A stretch of 64,000 nt of DNA from assembly GCA_035573955.1 (NCBI GenBank), contig DATLZO010000003.1, forward strand, positions 255-64,254, read 5' to 3'. This DNA is from Minisyncoccota bacterium. GTDB taxonomy: Bacteria > Patescibacteriota > Minisyncoccia > UBA6257 > GWB1-50-10. The notes below the pieces were generated by a model. That model worked only from the letters and a program-made list of their open reading frames with translations, was not told where the DNA came from and searched no databases. Position 1 is the stretch's first letter. Each line of letters starts with the position of its first letter. Both the position numbers and the translations under genes were made by a program. This document shows positions 28,533 to 38,853 of the stretch, piece after piece.

Positions 28533-29138
28533 TTACTCTAAAATCCCGTCCAGATTCACGTCGTATAATATCGCCTCGCCCACGAGGCGGTATTTTAGAA
28601 GCTCTTTGGACGTAAACCACAGTTCTATTTCCTTTTCTGCCTCTTCAGGCGTGCTGGAGGCGTGGATAAGGTTCCGAACCGCCCGCCCGTCCACGTCGGA
28701 AACATCGTAGGAATCTATGGTTAAATCGCCACGGATGGTGCCCACATCCGAGGTCAGGGGCTCGGTGCCGCCCGTGATTTTCCGGACAATACCCACCGCG
28801 TGCATCCCCTGCCAGACCATTGCGACGACGGGTCCGGAAGACATGTATTTCTTCAAGTTACCGAGGATAATGTCGGTTAACTTAAAAGGGTCCTCCGAAG
28901 GCGGCATCTTGCCTTTCTTGCGATAAGATTCAATGGCTTTCTCACCGGTTATCCGCCGCCATTCCGGATTCACAAGGTAGTGCTTCTCGACTAAATCAGG
29001 GTTTGGCACGAGCATCTTTATTGCCACAAGTTTCAGACCTGTCTGCTCGTAGCGGCGGATTATCTCGCCGATCAACCCTCTCTGGACACCGTCGGGTTTT
29101 ATGAGAACAAGCGTTCTTTCCGTCTTCGGGTGTTTCAT
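28533..29138 (-). CDS. ndk: Nucleoside diphosphate kinase
   Basis: ERTLVLIKPDG, GTIRGD, NLIHAS. Confidence 0.95.
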   Translation of the reverse strand: MKHPKTERTLVLIKPDGVQRGLIGEIIRRYEQTGLKLVAIKMLVPNPDLVEKHYLVNPEWRRITGEKAIESYRKKGKMPPSEDPFKLTDIILGNLKKYMSSGPVVAMVWQGMHAVGIVRKITGGTEPLTSDVGTIRGDLTIDSYDVSDVDGRAVRNLIHASSTPEEAEKEIELWFTSKELLKYRLVGEAILYDVNLDGILE

Positions 29139-30553
29139 GTTCGTTTTTCTTTGCTTTCGACTTTGAGATGAAGTTCCTTCAGTTGTTCGTTAGTCAAACC
29201 GGATGGCGCTTTCATCATCGGGTCGCGCCCGTCGCCGGTCTTCGGGAAAGCGGTAACCTCGCGGATGTTCGGTTCGTTTTCCAGTATCATCATCAATCGG
29301 TCGATGCCCGGCGCAATACCGCCGTGCGGAGGCACACCATAACCGAATGCCTCGAATATGTGGCCGAAATCCTCCTTAACTTTCTCCGGTTCGTTGCCTA
29401 GCGCCTCGAAAACGGCTTGGAGCAATTCCGGATCGTGTATGCGGATGGAACCGCCTCCGACCTCATAACCGTTAAGGACAAAATCGTACTGGTTAGCGAT
29501 CATCGAGAGCGGGTTCTTACGGAACGATGATTTGAAATCCGCGACATTCTCTACGCGCGGCATGGTGAACGGGTGGTGGACCGCACCGTATGTGCCGTCA
29601 TCCTTCTTTTCGAACATAGGAAAATTGATGACAAAGGCGAAAGCGAGTTCGTTGGGGTCGTCTTTTTCTTTCCGCAAATCCGGTTTATCGGTGCCATATT
29701 TTTCTATTGCCTCTTCGTAGGAAATTCTCGGAAATGGTTTTTCTGTGATTTTCTTATCCGGATAAAGTTTCTCGACAAGCGCAGTGAAAAGGTCTTCGGT
29801 CAACTCAAGGACGTCATCCTGCGAGACAAAACTCATCTCGAGATCGAGCTGCGTAAACTCCGGCTGGCGATCTCCCCGCGTGTCCTCGTCCCGGAAACAG
29901 CGGGCAATCTGAAAATATCTTTCAATTCCGGCGACCATCAAAAGCTGTTTGTACTGCTGGGGCGACTGCGGCAAAGCGTAGAACTTGCCGGCGTGAACGC
30001 GGGAAGGTACAACGTAATCGCGTGCACCCTCCGGCGTCGATTTGGAAAGTATCGGCGTCTCGATCTCGGTAAAATCCCTTTCCGTGAGATAATCTCGGAT
30101 GAATTTTATGGCTTTTGCACGATTGCGGATGTTTTTCTGCATTCGCGGCCTGCGGAGATCAAGATAGCGGTACTTCATCCTAACTTCCTCACCTATATCG
30201 TAACCATCTCCGTCGGTTGCAATAGGTAGTGTTGCATGTGTTTCATTTATTACCTCGAGTTCTTTTGCTAAAACTTCATAATCTCCGCTGGGAATTTTAG
30301 GATTCTCCATCCCTTTTGGTCTTTTGTTTACTTCGCCAGTAACGCCTATAACAAATGCGGTTCTTAGTTTTTCTGCAGCCTTGTGCGATTCGGGGTATTT
30401 TTTAGGGTTAAAAACAACCTGAACAACACCGCTCATATCCCGCAAATCAATAAAAATAAGCCCGCCGTGGTCGCGACGGGAATCCACCCAGCCCTTCAGC
30501 TCAACTTCCTCACCCTCCCGGTTTGCAATTTCTCTCGTTAAAGTCCTGGACAT
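29135..30553 (-). CDS. aspS: Aspartate--tRNA ligase (short form, no GAD insert)
   Basis: RDHGGLIFIDLRD, LPQSPQQYKQ, PPHGGIAPGIDR. Confidence 0.95.
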   Translation of the reverse strand: MSRTLTREIANREGEEVELKGWVDSRRDHGGLIFIDLRDMSGVVQVVFNPKKYPESHKAAEKLRTAFVIGVTGEVNKRPKGMENPKIPSGDYEVLAKELEVINETHATLPIATDGDGYDIGEEVRMKYRYLDLRRPRMQKNIRNRAKAIKFIRDYLTERDFTEIETPILSKSTPEGARDYVVPSRVHAGKFYALPQSPQQYKQLLMVAGIERYFQIARCFRDEDTRGDRQPEFTQLDLEMSFVSQDDVLELTEDLFTALVEKLYPDKKITEKPFPRISYEEAIEKYGTDKPDLRKEKDDPNELAFAFVINFPMFEKKDDGTYGAVHHPFTMPRVENVADFKSSFRKNPLSMIANQYDFVLNGYEVGGGSIRIHDPELLQAVFEALGNEPEKVKEDFGHIFEAFGYGVPPHGGIAPGIDRLMMILENEPNIREVTAFPKTGDGRDPMMKAPSGLTNEQLKELHLKVESKEKRT

Positions 30554-30559
30554 TGGTTT

Positions 30560-31438
30560 TTATTTTACACCACCGCTTTTGAAAATTCTAATATTCCCGT
30601 CTCCAATTAGAAACTTAACCGTTCCATCCAAGTCTGTCCGGAAAATGCGGGCACCGGCCCCGCCAATTCTTTCTAATGCTTCTTTCGTCGGATGACCGTA
30701 GCTGTTTTTACCGACTTCGATCACCGCAACTGCGGGACTTATTGCCGCAAGGAAATTCGCCGATGATGAAAATTTGGAACCGTGATGAGCAACTTTTAAA
30801 ATATCCAAATTACCCACGGAGGCCGCGATTTTTTCTTCAACATCAGCATTGATATCGCCGGTAAAAAGAATTTTGGAATCTTTACTCGAAAGTTCGGCCA
30901 CTATCGAAGTGTCGTTCAGTTCCTTACTTGCAATCAAAGCCAGCGACGGTGAAAGAACATCAAACCGGCTTTCTCCGTGGCGGATGACATCGCCCGCCGA
31001 GAGCGACACAGTTTTTATCGAATTTCCGTCAAGCACCCGCTTCAGATCAGCAAACGCGCTTATTTCTCCCTCCCGACCGTTCGTAAGAAATGCTCCCACT
31101 TTGTAGCGCTTCAAAACCTCAACCAATCCGCCGAAATGATCGAGTTGCGGATGACTCATCATCACTAAATCAATGTAGCGGTTACCAACGGGCATCACCT
31201 TGGCAAGTTCTTCTAAAACCCGGCCGTTGGGCGGTCCGCCATCAATAAGGATTCTTACGCCGCCCGGCAGTTCGACGAGCTCGCTATCGCCCTGGCCAAC
31301 GCTCAAAAAATATATTTTCAAGTCGTTCTTTTCCGTTCCCGCCCGCCCGATCTGCAAGAAAACCAGAAAATCCAAAACGACGAGCGCTGCTAGAATAATG
31401 ATGATCTTATTTCTATGTCCGGCTAACTTTTCCCACAT
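30560..31438 (-). CDS. ComEC-like metallo-beta-lactamase domain protein
   Basis: VGQGDS, SHPQLDHFGG, KVAHHGS, NSYGHP. Confidence 0.88.
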   Translation of the reverse strand: MWEKLAGHRNKIIIILAALVVLDFLVFLQIGRAGTEKNDLKIYFLSVGQGDSELVELPGGVRILIDGGPPNGRVLEELAKVMPVGNRYIDLVMMSHPQLDHFGGLVEVLKRYKVGAFLTNGREGEISAFADLKRVLDGNSIKTVSLSAGDVIRHGESRFDVLSPSLALIASKELNDTSIVAELSSKDSKILFTGDINADVEEKIAASVGNLDILKVAHHGSKFSSSANFLAAISPAVAVIEVGKNSYGHPTKEALERIGGAGARIFRTDLDGTVKFLIGDGNIRIFKSGGVK

Positions 31439-32849
31439 AAAAGATAAAAATAACAAGAGCTGCGTAGTAGAAAATGATAAACAACCAGCTGGCGCCTGCG
31501 CCAATAGGTACGCTTATTTTCGCAAAAAGTTCAATAACGAGCATCTCAAATTTTAAAAACACAGAAAGAGCGAGAGCTAAGATGGTGGTTAGAGAATCTA
31601 TAAAAAGCCCCAAAAAAGCGGTAAGAAATCCCAAAAACATTGTGATAGGAATGAGTTCTAAAACTAAAACGTTCGCGGCAAGCGAGATTAGGGAAAAACT
31701 TCCGAAACTTGAAATTAAAAGCGGTGCGACCATAAGTTGAGCCGAAGCGGTTGTTAGAAGATTTTCCTTCCATGATAAAAATCCCTTGTCTTCACCGATT
31801 TTGAGAAATCTCACAATCGCCGGCCGGAGATAGATGATACCGACCAAGGCAAGAAAAGAGAGTTGAAAACCAATATCAAAAACTAGCACTTTGGGATTTT
31901 GAAGCACCATGAGAAAGCCAGCAAGGATAATGGCGTTTCGGAAATCAAAAAGCCGGCCGACTTCACCCGCCAACATCGCTAAAATTCCCATAATGGCGGC
32001 CCGGACAACCGAGGCCTCGGCACCGGTCATAAGCACGAAACCGACAATCACGAGCACGGTGAGAACAAAAGAAAATCGGCGGGAAAGAAACCAAATAAAG
32101 AGAATGGCGAGGGACTTAATGATAATTGTGATGTTGTAGCCGGAGAGAGCCACAAGATGCGTCGTGCCGCTCTTCGCCATTGCTTCTTTGAAATCGGCTG
32201 AAAATTCTCCTCGCTCACCCAAAGTGAGACCGGAAACAAAGGCTGCCTCCTTCGCCGGCAAAACTCGCTGGAATGAACCGATAACGGCGTTTTTTATTTC
32301 GAAGAGGGATGTTTTTATCTTACTCTTCCTGCCGCTCCCGATTTTCTCCACCTCGGCGAAAGTGACTACCCCGCTTATTCTTTCCTTGCTTAAATACCGA
32401 GCATAACTCCCGGCAAACGGCTTTTCTATTTTGCCTTCAATGTTTACCTCATCGCCGTAGCGGAACTCCGGGTAGCGAGCGGTCTTTATCAAAATATTGC
32501 CGCTAAAAGGCAGATTCAATTTTAGTTTGAACTCCTGGCTTGCTGTCTTTAAAACCGGGTTGGAAACGATGACGCCGGAAAATGTTGTTTTCCCGCCGAA
32601 AGGGACATTGATGCTTCTCCGGAATTTCATGTCATCGGCTGTGTAATAGAGTGCGCCGAGAACTGCGAGAAGCGACAAACCGGTGAGCCAGAGAAATCTA
32701 CTGTCTCCGCGCCGAAGACCCAAAAACAAAAAAATAACCACTGCCGCAAAGACCAGAAACAGCGTCCAGAATTTCATTCCCACACTCGCTAACAAAACAC
32801 CGCCCAGAAAGAAAAAAGCCCCGAAAAAGAGTATGTCATAAGGAGGCAT
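31413..32849 (-). CDS. comEC: ComEC/Rec2 competence membrane protein
   Basis: GTTHLVALSGYN, SVVRAAIM, GFQLSF. Confidence 0.9.
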   Translation of the reverse strand: MPPYDILFFGAFFFLGGVLLASVGMKFWTLFLVFAAVVIFLFLGLRRGDSRFLWLTGLSLLAVLGALYYTADDMKFRRSINVPFGGKTTFSGVIVSNPVLKTASQEFKLKLNLPFSGNILIKTARYPEFRYGDEVNIEGKIEKPFAGSYARYLSKERISGVVTFAEVEKIGSGRKSKIKTSLFEIKNAVIGSFQRVLPAKEAAFVSGLTLGERGEFSADFKEAMAKSGTTHLVALSGYNITIIIKSLAILFIWFLSRRFSFVLTVLVIVGFVLMTGAEASVVRAAIMGILAMLAGEVGRLFDFRNAIILAGFLMVLQNPKVLVFDIGFQLSFLALVGIIYLRPAIVRFLKIGEDKGFLSWKENLLTTASAQLMVAPLLISSFGSFSLISLAANVLVLELIPITMFLGFLTAFLGLFIDSLTTILALALSVFLKFEMLVIELFAKISVPIGAGASWLFIIFYYAALVIFIFYVGKVSRT

Positions 32850-32877
32850 ATTGCTTATTCTATAAAATTCGGGCAGA

Positions 32878-33459
32878 ATGGTTTCCGTTATGCTTTCGTA
32901 CAATGAATTAAAAGTCGGGACGCTTTTTGTGAAGGATGGCGAACCGTACGAGGTCCTGGAATACGCCTTCGTCCGAATGCAGCAGCGCAAACCCGTCGCA
33001 CAGTTGAAAATCAAAAATCTTATTTCCGGCAAGGTCCGGGAATATAGCGCTCACCAGAACGAATCTTTCGAAGAAGCTGATATCGAGAAGACACCCGTTC
33101 AGTTCATCTACCATAGCAAGGGACAGTACTGGTTCCATGAAGTCGGAAAACCCTCAGCCCGATTCTTCCTGACCGACGAAATAGTGGGCGAAGCCGGCGA
33201 ATACCTCAAGCAAAACATCGAGGTGAAAGCGTTCAAGTTCGGTAATAAGATCATCAACATTGAACCGCCGATAAAAGTGGATTTGAAAGTAATAGAAGCG
33301 CCACCGGGTATAAAGGGCAATACCGCACAAGGCGGCACCAAGACCGTAACCCTCGAGACCGGGGCTAAAGTTAATGTTCCCCTTTTCGTGAATGAAGGCG
33401 ATGTTGTTCGCATTAATACTTCGACCGGCGACTACGTCGAGCGGGTAGAGAAATCTTGA
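32878..33459 (+). CDS. efp: Elongation factor P
   Basis: PGIKGNTA, LETGAKVNVPLF, GDYVER. Confidence 0.92.
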   Translation: MVSVMLSYNELKVGTLFVKDGEPYEVLEYAFVRMQQRKPVAQLKIKNLISGKVREYSAHQNESFEEADIEKTPVQFIYHSKGQYWFHEVGKPSARFFLTDEIVGEAGEYLKQNIEVKAFKFGNKIINIEPPIKVDLKVIEAPPGIKGNTAQGGTKTVTLETGAKVNVPLFVNEGDVVRINTSTGDYVERVEKS

Positions 33460-33580
33460 ATATAGGAAAAAGACAATACCGGAGTATTGACTTTAACTAG
33501 ATATCCCAACATCAGACTACGCCATAGTTATTTTGCCATGGCTTAATAAATTGGTAACTTACTGGCGGAAAAAGTTTTAA

Positions 33581-35404
33581 TTACTTATTTTCTAAAGCTT
33601 TCCGAAGAGCCTCGCGAAGACCGGCTACATCCTGCTCTGTTCTTACACGCTCCGGTTTTTTAACTTTTTCTTCTTGTGATGTAAGTCCGCTAAGCCCAAT
33701 CGAAGTCTCTGTTTCCTCCTGCGGTGTGCTCTCGCGGATAATAGATGGCGGCCGGGGCGGTTTTGCACCATGTTTGTGCCTTCTCTTTGTATGCAGTTCT
33801 CCGGAAAAAGACCGTTCCGGAGGAAGACCGCGGCCGACGCTCATCTCACTCTCACCTTTACTTTCAAACTCGATACCAAGAGCCGAAAGGTCACTCACAT
33901 ATTCTTTCTGGGGACGGCCCGTAAAGAGCTTGGTCGGTAGAGGTTTTAAAGTCCCTTCCTCGATCTTTGCAAAGCAATCACTGCAGTAAACCGGGCGGCC
34001 GGACTCGGGTTTGAATGGCACGATCGCTGGCTTGCCGCAGATGGAGCAGACAGCCTCAAACTTACCGCTCTCTATTTTCGCCTCCCCTAAACCCATCCCG
34101 CTCCAGCGATTTATCTCTTCCTCTACCACTTTGCGCGGCCGGGCGTAGCGCCTGATTGATGAGGCGATGACTTTTTCTTTAATGAGAGGTGATGTCTGAA
34201 CCTTAAAAGGCGGCAGCGTCCGCGATGAAAAAGGCCTACTTGTCACGCCGTCCACCATTAGTTTCAAATAGATATGGTAGTTCGGGAGATTCACGATGTC
34301 TTGAATGGTAAACTCCGGTGTGAACTCCGGCTCGAGATACTCGGCATCCGCAGCACCCACCCTAAAAAGGATCATTGTCCCTACGTTGCCGAATATGGCA
34401 TCGCGGACCTTGGTCGAGGTGTCGGTCACAAGCTGGCCGATGTACTGGTGAGCCAGTATCAAATTCAGTCGGTATTTCCTGGCCTCAGATAGTATGCCAG
34501 CGAATGAATCGGTCGCGAAATTCTGAAACTCGTCGACATAGAGGTAAAAATCAACTCGCTCGTCTTCGGGGATTCGGACGCGCTCCATCGCGGAAAGCTG
34601 GATCTTGGTGATTATCATCGCTCCGAGGAGCGCGGAATTGTCCTCACCGATTCGTCCTTTCGAGACGTTCACAAGAAATATCTTTCCTTCGTTCATTATC
34701 TTGAAAATGTCTATCGTACTCTTCGACTGGCCGACAATGTTCCTGATGATGGAGGTGGAAAGGAACTGACCGACCTTGTTCTGGATCGGCGCAATAGCCT
34801 CATTGCGAAACTTATCTTGCCACTCCTCGTACTCATGGACCCAGAAAGCCTTAACCACAGGGTCCTTAAGGTTCGCTATTATCTTCTGCCGGTAGTCTTT
34901 GTCAACGAGTATCCGGGTGATGCCGAGAAGCGTTGAGTCCGGCGTGTCGAGAAGTGCAAGAACGGCGTTGTTCATAATGTATTCCATTCGAGCCGACCAG
35001 ACGTTCGCCCAAATTTTAGTGAAAATACCCATGAGACCCGACGCGACGAGATGTTTGTACTTAGGATCGGGTAGTTCCAGGACATTGAAACCGATATGGT
35101 GCTCGGTATCGGCAGGATTGAAATATATTACGTCGTCGAGGCGTTCATCAGGGATTTTGGAGAGAATGTCCTCGACAAGCTCACCGTGGGGGTCAACGAC
35201 GCAAACACCCTCGCCGTTTGCGATATCCTGGACAATCATGTTGTGAAGAAGGGCGCTCTTGCCGGTGCCGGTCTTGCCGATGATATACATGTGTTGCCGC
35301 CGGTCGCGGCGCTTCACACCGAAAAGGCGGTTCTGGCCACGAAAATCGGTGCGCCCGAAAAAGATAATGTCTTTGCTCGTCGCCGATGTTGAAGAATTAG
35401 CCAT
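33581..35404 (-). CDS. VirD4/TraD-HerA-like P-loop ATPase with a C-terminal CxxC-x17-CxxC module
   Basis: GKTGTGKS Walker A, VDPHG, LYVDEFQNF, SEARKY. Confidence 0.85.
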   Translation of the reverse strand: MANSSTSATSKDIIFFGRTDFRGQNRLFGVKRRDRRQHMYIIGKTGTGKSALLHNMIVQDIANGEGVCVVDPHGELVEDILSKIPDERLDDVIYFNPADTEHHIGFNVLELPDPKYKHLVASGLMGIFTKIWANVWSARMEYIMNNAVLALLDTPDSTLLGITRILVDKDYRQKIIANLKDPVVKAFWVHEYEEWQDKFRNEAIAPIQNKVGQFLSTSIIRNIVGQSKSTIDIFKIMNEGKIFLVNVSKGRIGEDNSALLGAMIITKIQLSAMERVRIPEDERVDFYLYVDEFQNFATDSFAGILSEARKYRLNLILAHQYIGQLVTDTSTKVRDAIFGNVGTMILFRVGAADAEYLEPEFTPEFTIQDIVNLPNYHIYLKLMVDGVTSRPFSSRTLPPFKVQTSPLIKEKVIASSIRRYARPRKVVEEEINRWSGMGLGEAKIESGKFEAVCSICGKPAIVPFKPESGRPVYCSDCFAKIEEGTLKPLPTKLFTGRPQKEYVSDLSALGIEFESKGESEMSVGRGLPPERSFSGELHTKRRHKHGAKPPRPPSIIRESTPQEETETSIGLSGLTSQEEKVKKPERVRTEQDVAGLREALRKALENK

Positions 35405-35427
35405 AACTCTTGATTATTTAAATGATA

Positions 35428-36468
35428 TCACTTGACGATGCGGCTTACATCGGACCAAGTGATAATTATCATCAGAACGATAAGAAAAATGAAACCGGCG
35501 GTGTTTACTGCAACCTGTACCCGCCGTGGGACAGGCTTCCGGCGGATCTTCTCGAAAACGAGCATTAGGAACCTCCCACCGTCCAGAGCGGGGAAAGGAA
35601 TGAGATTAAGGACCGCCAGGTTCAACGATATGAAAGCGAGGAGCTGGAAGAAATAGACAAGCCCCAATTCCCCCGCCTGCGTTCCCAGGACGAAAATGCC
35701 GACCGGGCCAGCCACGGTGTCAAGAACTTCGGGACTCACAAAGAGATGGCCGAAGAAGGTCCAAAGGCCAACTACGATTAATTTCAGCGTCTCCGCGGCG
35801 ACAGAGAAACCTTTCACGATGCTCCGACCGAGGGGTTCTCTGGCAAATCCGATATCTGCCAAACTCACTCCCAGCCGCCCTTCGCCTTCCGGTGGATTCT
35901 CGCGCGGTTCGAGCCGGAAATCCGCGATCTCATCACCTCGCCGGACCGTGAGAAGTATCGTGCTGTCCGCATCACGAATCTTCTCTGCGAAAATGTCACT
36001 CCTTATCGGGTCGCCGAGAACAACGCCGCCAATAGTCGCCTCGATAATCACGTCTCCACTTTCTAGTCCCGCTGTCTCCGCCGGCGAACCGGGGGAAACG
36101 TCAACAATCATAAGGTGTTCCGGTGCACCGACGGCGAAGACGCCGGTCAAAATAAACCACCCTAGAACGATATTCATCAGCACACCCGCGAGGATTATAG
36201 CCGAACGTCGGGAAACAGGCGCATCGTTGAAACTGTTCTTCACGGGTTCCCCTTCGCCATCCTCGCCGGACATTTTCACGAATCCGCCGAAAGGCAGAAG
36301 ATTCAAGCTGTAGAGCGTGCCGCCAAATTTCTTTCCGAAAAGCCGCGGCGGGAAACCAATGCCGAATTCCTCCACTCCCACACCAGAGAGCTTGGCCGCT
36401 AAAAAATGACCGAACTCGTGAACTAATATGAGGGCCGAAAGGCCGATAATGACGAGAACGACCATCAT
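35428..36468 (-). CDS. rseP: RIP metalloprotease RseP-like (PDZ)
   Basis: HEFGH, PDZ segment, NLIPFPALDGG. Confidence 0.9.
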   Translation of the reverse strand: MMVVLVIIGLSALILVHEFGHFLAAKLSGVGVEEFGIGFPPRLFGKKFGGTLYSLNLLPFGGFVKMSGEDGEGEPVKNSFNDAPVSRRSAIILAGVLMNIVLGWFILTGVFAVGAPEHLMIVDVSPGSPAETAGLESGDVIIEATIGGVVLGDPIRSDIFAEKIRDADSTILLTVRRGDEIADFRLEPRENPPEGEGRLGVSLADIGFAREPLGRSIVKGFSVAAETLKLIVVGLWTFFGHLFVSPEVLDTVAGPVGIFVLGTQAGELGLVYFFQLLAFISLNLAVLNLIPFPALDGGRFLMLVFEKIRRKPVPRRVQVAVNTAGFIFLIVLMIIITWSDVSRIVK

Positions 36469-37019
36469 TCTTCTATTTCGGTCATCTTGGCAGCCAAAGC
36501 TGTCTCGATTAACTTGTTGACGCGCTCCGTCTCCTCCTGGATTTTCTCGCGCAGCTTGAATTTCATATCTTCACTCACTTCGCCGGATTTGAAAGCGACT
36601 TCTATCGCCTTCATCACGTCGTCCCGCAAATTGCGCACCTTTATGCGGCTGTCCTCAGCGAGACGACCTACGAGTTTTACAAGTTCCTTGCGCCGCTCGA
36701 CGGAGATTTCCGGCAGATGAACCCTCACAGTGTTGCCTTGGGGAGCAGCCGATAGACCAAGCGGCGCGGATTCAATCGCTTTCAATACCTCCGGAATAAC
36801 ACTGGAGTCCCAAACATTTATAACGATGTCGCGAGGCGGCTCGACAGAGATCGAACCGACCTGGTTCAGGGTGAGTTTCTGGCCATAATATTCCACCCGC
36901 ACGGCATCGAGGATAGCAGGCGTCGGCCGGCTCGTCCGGACACCACCAAGCTCTTTTTTGAAAGTCTCAGTTATTTCACTAGTTCCGGACCTGAAATCTG
37001 CAATCGGGTCATTCATCAT
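36465..37019 (-). CDS. frr: Ribosome recycling factor
   Basis: VRTSR.TP..LD, ERRKELVK, VRNLR. Confidence 0.9.
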   Translation of the reverse strand: MMNDPIADFRSGTSEITETFKKELGGVRTSRPTPAILDAVRVEYYGQKLTLNQVGSISVEPPRDIVINVWDSSVIPEVLKAIESAPLGLSAAPQGNTVRVHLPEISVERRKELVKLVGRLAEDSRIKVRNLRDDVMKAIEVAFKSGEVSEDMKFKLREKIQEETERVNKLIETALAAKMTEIEE

Positions 37020-37777
37020 CTCAGTTTATATTCTAATGCTTTTCGTTGGAGATTGGTATTTAAATTGAATCTTTTGAGAGCTGCTTCCCGGCTGACAAGC
37101 CATTTGAGACGCTCGATGTTTTCTTTGACGCCTTTGAAGTAAAGTTCGGCGGCCTTCTCGGAAATTTCACTCTCGAGATTGTCCTTAGCGATCTTTATTT
37201 TCTTTCTCAGTTTCAAGGCTCGCCCCAGGCGTCCGAAGGACTTCTCGGCAAGCGCAGAAGCTCCCTCCGCCGGAACATTATAGTGTTCAATGAGTATCGC
37301 CTTCAACTCGTCTTTGCAAAAAGAACGGAAGTAAACCTTCCGCAGTCGCGAGCGGAGTGGGGCAAAGAGTGTTCGGGGTTCCTCGGCAACGAAGATGATG
37401 GTCGACGCTTCGCCCGGCTCCTCGACAATTTTCAACATCGCACTCTGCGCCTCCCGGGTAAGCGTCTTGGCATCGTTTATAACAACGAGCCTCCTTGACG
37501 AACGCAGTGGTTTTTGCGAAAGGAAATACCTCACACCACGAACAGCTTCAATACCAATCGTTCCTTTCTCGTCCGGTTCCACGAACATGGAGTCGATGAG
37601 TACGTCATTTTTGATGTTGAAAGACCCAAATTCGAGGGCAAATGCGAGCAGTCTCGCAAAATGATATTTCCCTATTTCCGGACTGCCATAAAAAAGATAA
37701 GCGTGGCCTAAACGGTCGCACTCTATCAATTTTCTGAACGCCTCCAGTTTGTCCTCGTGACCGTGAAGTACGCTCAT
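37016..37777 (-). CDS. holB: DNA polymerase III delta-prime-like subunit
   Basis: HAYLFYG..IGK, AQSAMLKIVEEP, LRSR. Confidence 0.82.
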   Translation of the reverse strand: MSVLHGHEDKLEAFRKLIECDRLGHAYLFYGSPEIGKYHFARLLAFALEFGSFNIKNDVLIDSMFVEPDEKGTIGIEAVRGVRYFLSQKPLRSSRRLVVINDAKTLTREAQSAMLKIVEEPGEASTIIFVAEEPRTLFAPLRSRLRKVYFRSFCKDELKAILIEHYNVPAEGASALAEKSFGRLGRALKLRKKIKIAKDNLESEISEKAAELYFKGVKENIERLKWLVSREAALKRFNLNTNLQRKALEYKLR

Positions 37778-38781
37778 CTCTTGTTTAAAAGGGTGCGTTT
37801 GTAGACGTCGAGATGCCCAAGGATTGTCGCCGTCCCCCGCGCCACGCAGAAAAACGGATCTTCAGCGACATAAGCAGCGACACCCAAAGAACGCTTAAAA
37901 AATTCATCGAGGTTGCGAAGTTGCGAACTTCCTCCGGAGAGAATTATGCCTTTCTCCATGATATCGGCGGCAAGTTCGGGCGGCGTGACGTTGAAAACCG
38001 ACTGAACGGAATCCATTATCTCCACGAGGTAAGGGTTGATGGCCTCAGCCACTTCGTTTGAATTGATTGTGAGATCACGCGGTAATCCAGAGATGAGATC
38101 GCGGCCGCGAACCTTAACTTCGAGTTTGGTTCGGTTGGGCAGCGCGCTTCCCACAGCGATTTTGACGTTCTCGGCCGTGCTCTCACCGATTGCGAGGCCG
38201 TACTTCTTTTTGATGTACTCGGCGACGGCCTGGTCGAACCGGTTGCCAGCAACCCGCCTCGAGGCCCACGCCACGATGCCCCCGAGCGAGATTATTGCTA
38301 CCTCGGTTGTGCCACCGCCAATATTCACAATCATATTCCCCTCCGAGGAATGGATGGGTATGCCGGCTCCGAGTGAGGCAAGGAGCGGCTCTTTGACAAG
38401 GTATACATCACGAGCACCGGCGTCGCGGGCGGCGTTCATAACAGCCCGGTATTCGGTCGAAGTGATTCCGGCCGGCACCGAAATTACGACTTCCGGCCGG
38501 AAAACATTGAAAGGACCAATACTCTTCGCGATGAAATATTTTAGCATCGACTGAGTTACATAGTACTCGGCAATGACACCGTCTTTGAGGGGTTTGTACG
38601 TCACGATGTCCTCAGGCGTCCGGCCAACCATTTCCTTGGCCTCGGCACCCACAGCAAGAACACTCCCTTCCGGCTTCCGCATCGCGACTACCGTCGGTTC
38701 GTTAATGACAATTCCCTTGTCCGGTAAAAAAACCAGCGTGTTGGTTGTTCCTAAATCAATACCGATTTTTCTTACAAACAT
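37774..38781 (-). CDS. mreB: Rod-shape protein MreB family
   Basis: IGIDLGT, PLKDGVIA, IGGGTTEVA. Confidence 0.93.
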   Translation of the reverse strand: MFVRKIGIDLGTTNTLVFLPDKGIVINEPTVVAMRKPEGSVLAVGAEAKEMVGRTPEDIVTYKPLKDGVIAEYYVTQSMLKYFIAKSIGPFNVFRPEVVISVPAGITSTEYRAVMNAARDAGARDVYLVKEPLLASLGAGIPIHSSEGNMIVNIGGGTTEVAIISLGGIVAWASRRVAGNRFDQAVAEYIKKKYGLAIGESTAENVKIAVGSALPNRTKLEVKVRGRDLISGLPRDLTINSNEVAEAINPYLVEIMDSVQSVFNVTPPELAADIMEKGIILSGGSSQLRNLDEFFKRSLGVAAYVAEDPFFCVARGTATILGHLDVYKRTLLNKR

Positions 38782-38853
38782 ATTTTCAATAATTTTGAAT
38801 TTTTAATTTATATTTTAAAATCCAGTAATTTAAAATTGATTCAAAACTGGAAA

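Noticed and set aside
33581-35404. Conjugative element around the VirD4-like ATPase
   Set aside because: Flanked by housekeeping genes; no relaxase, VirB4 or integrase nearby.
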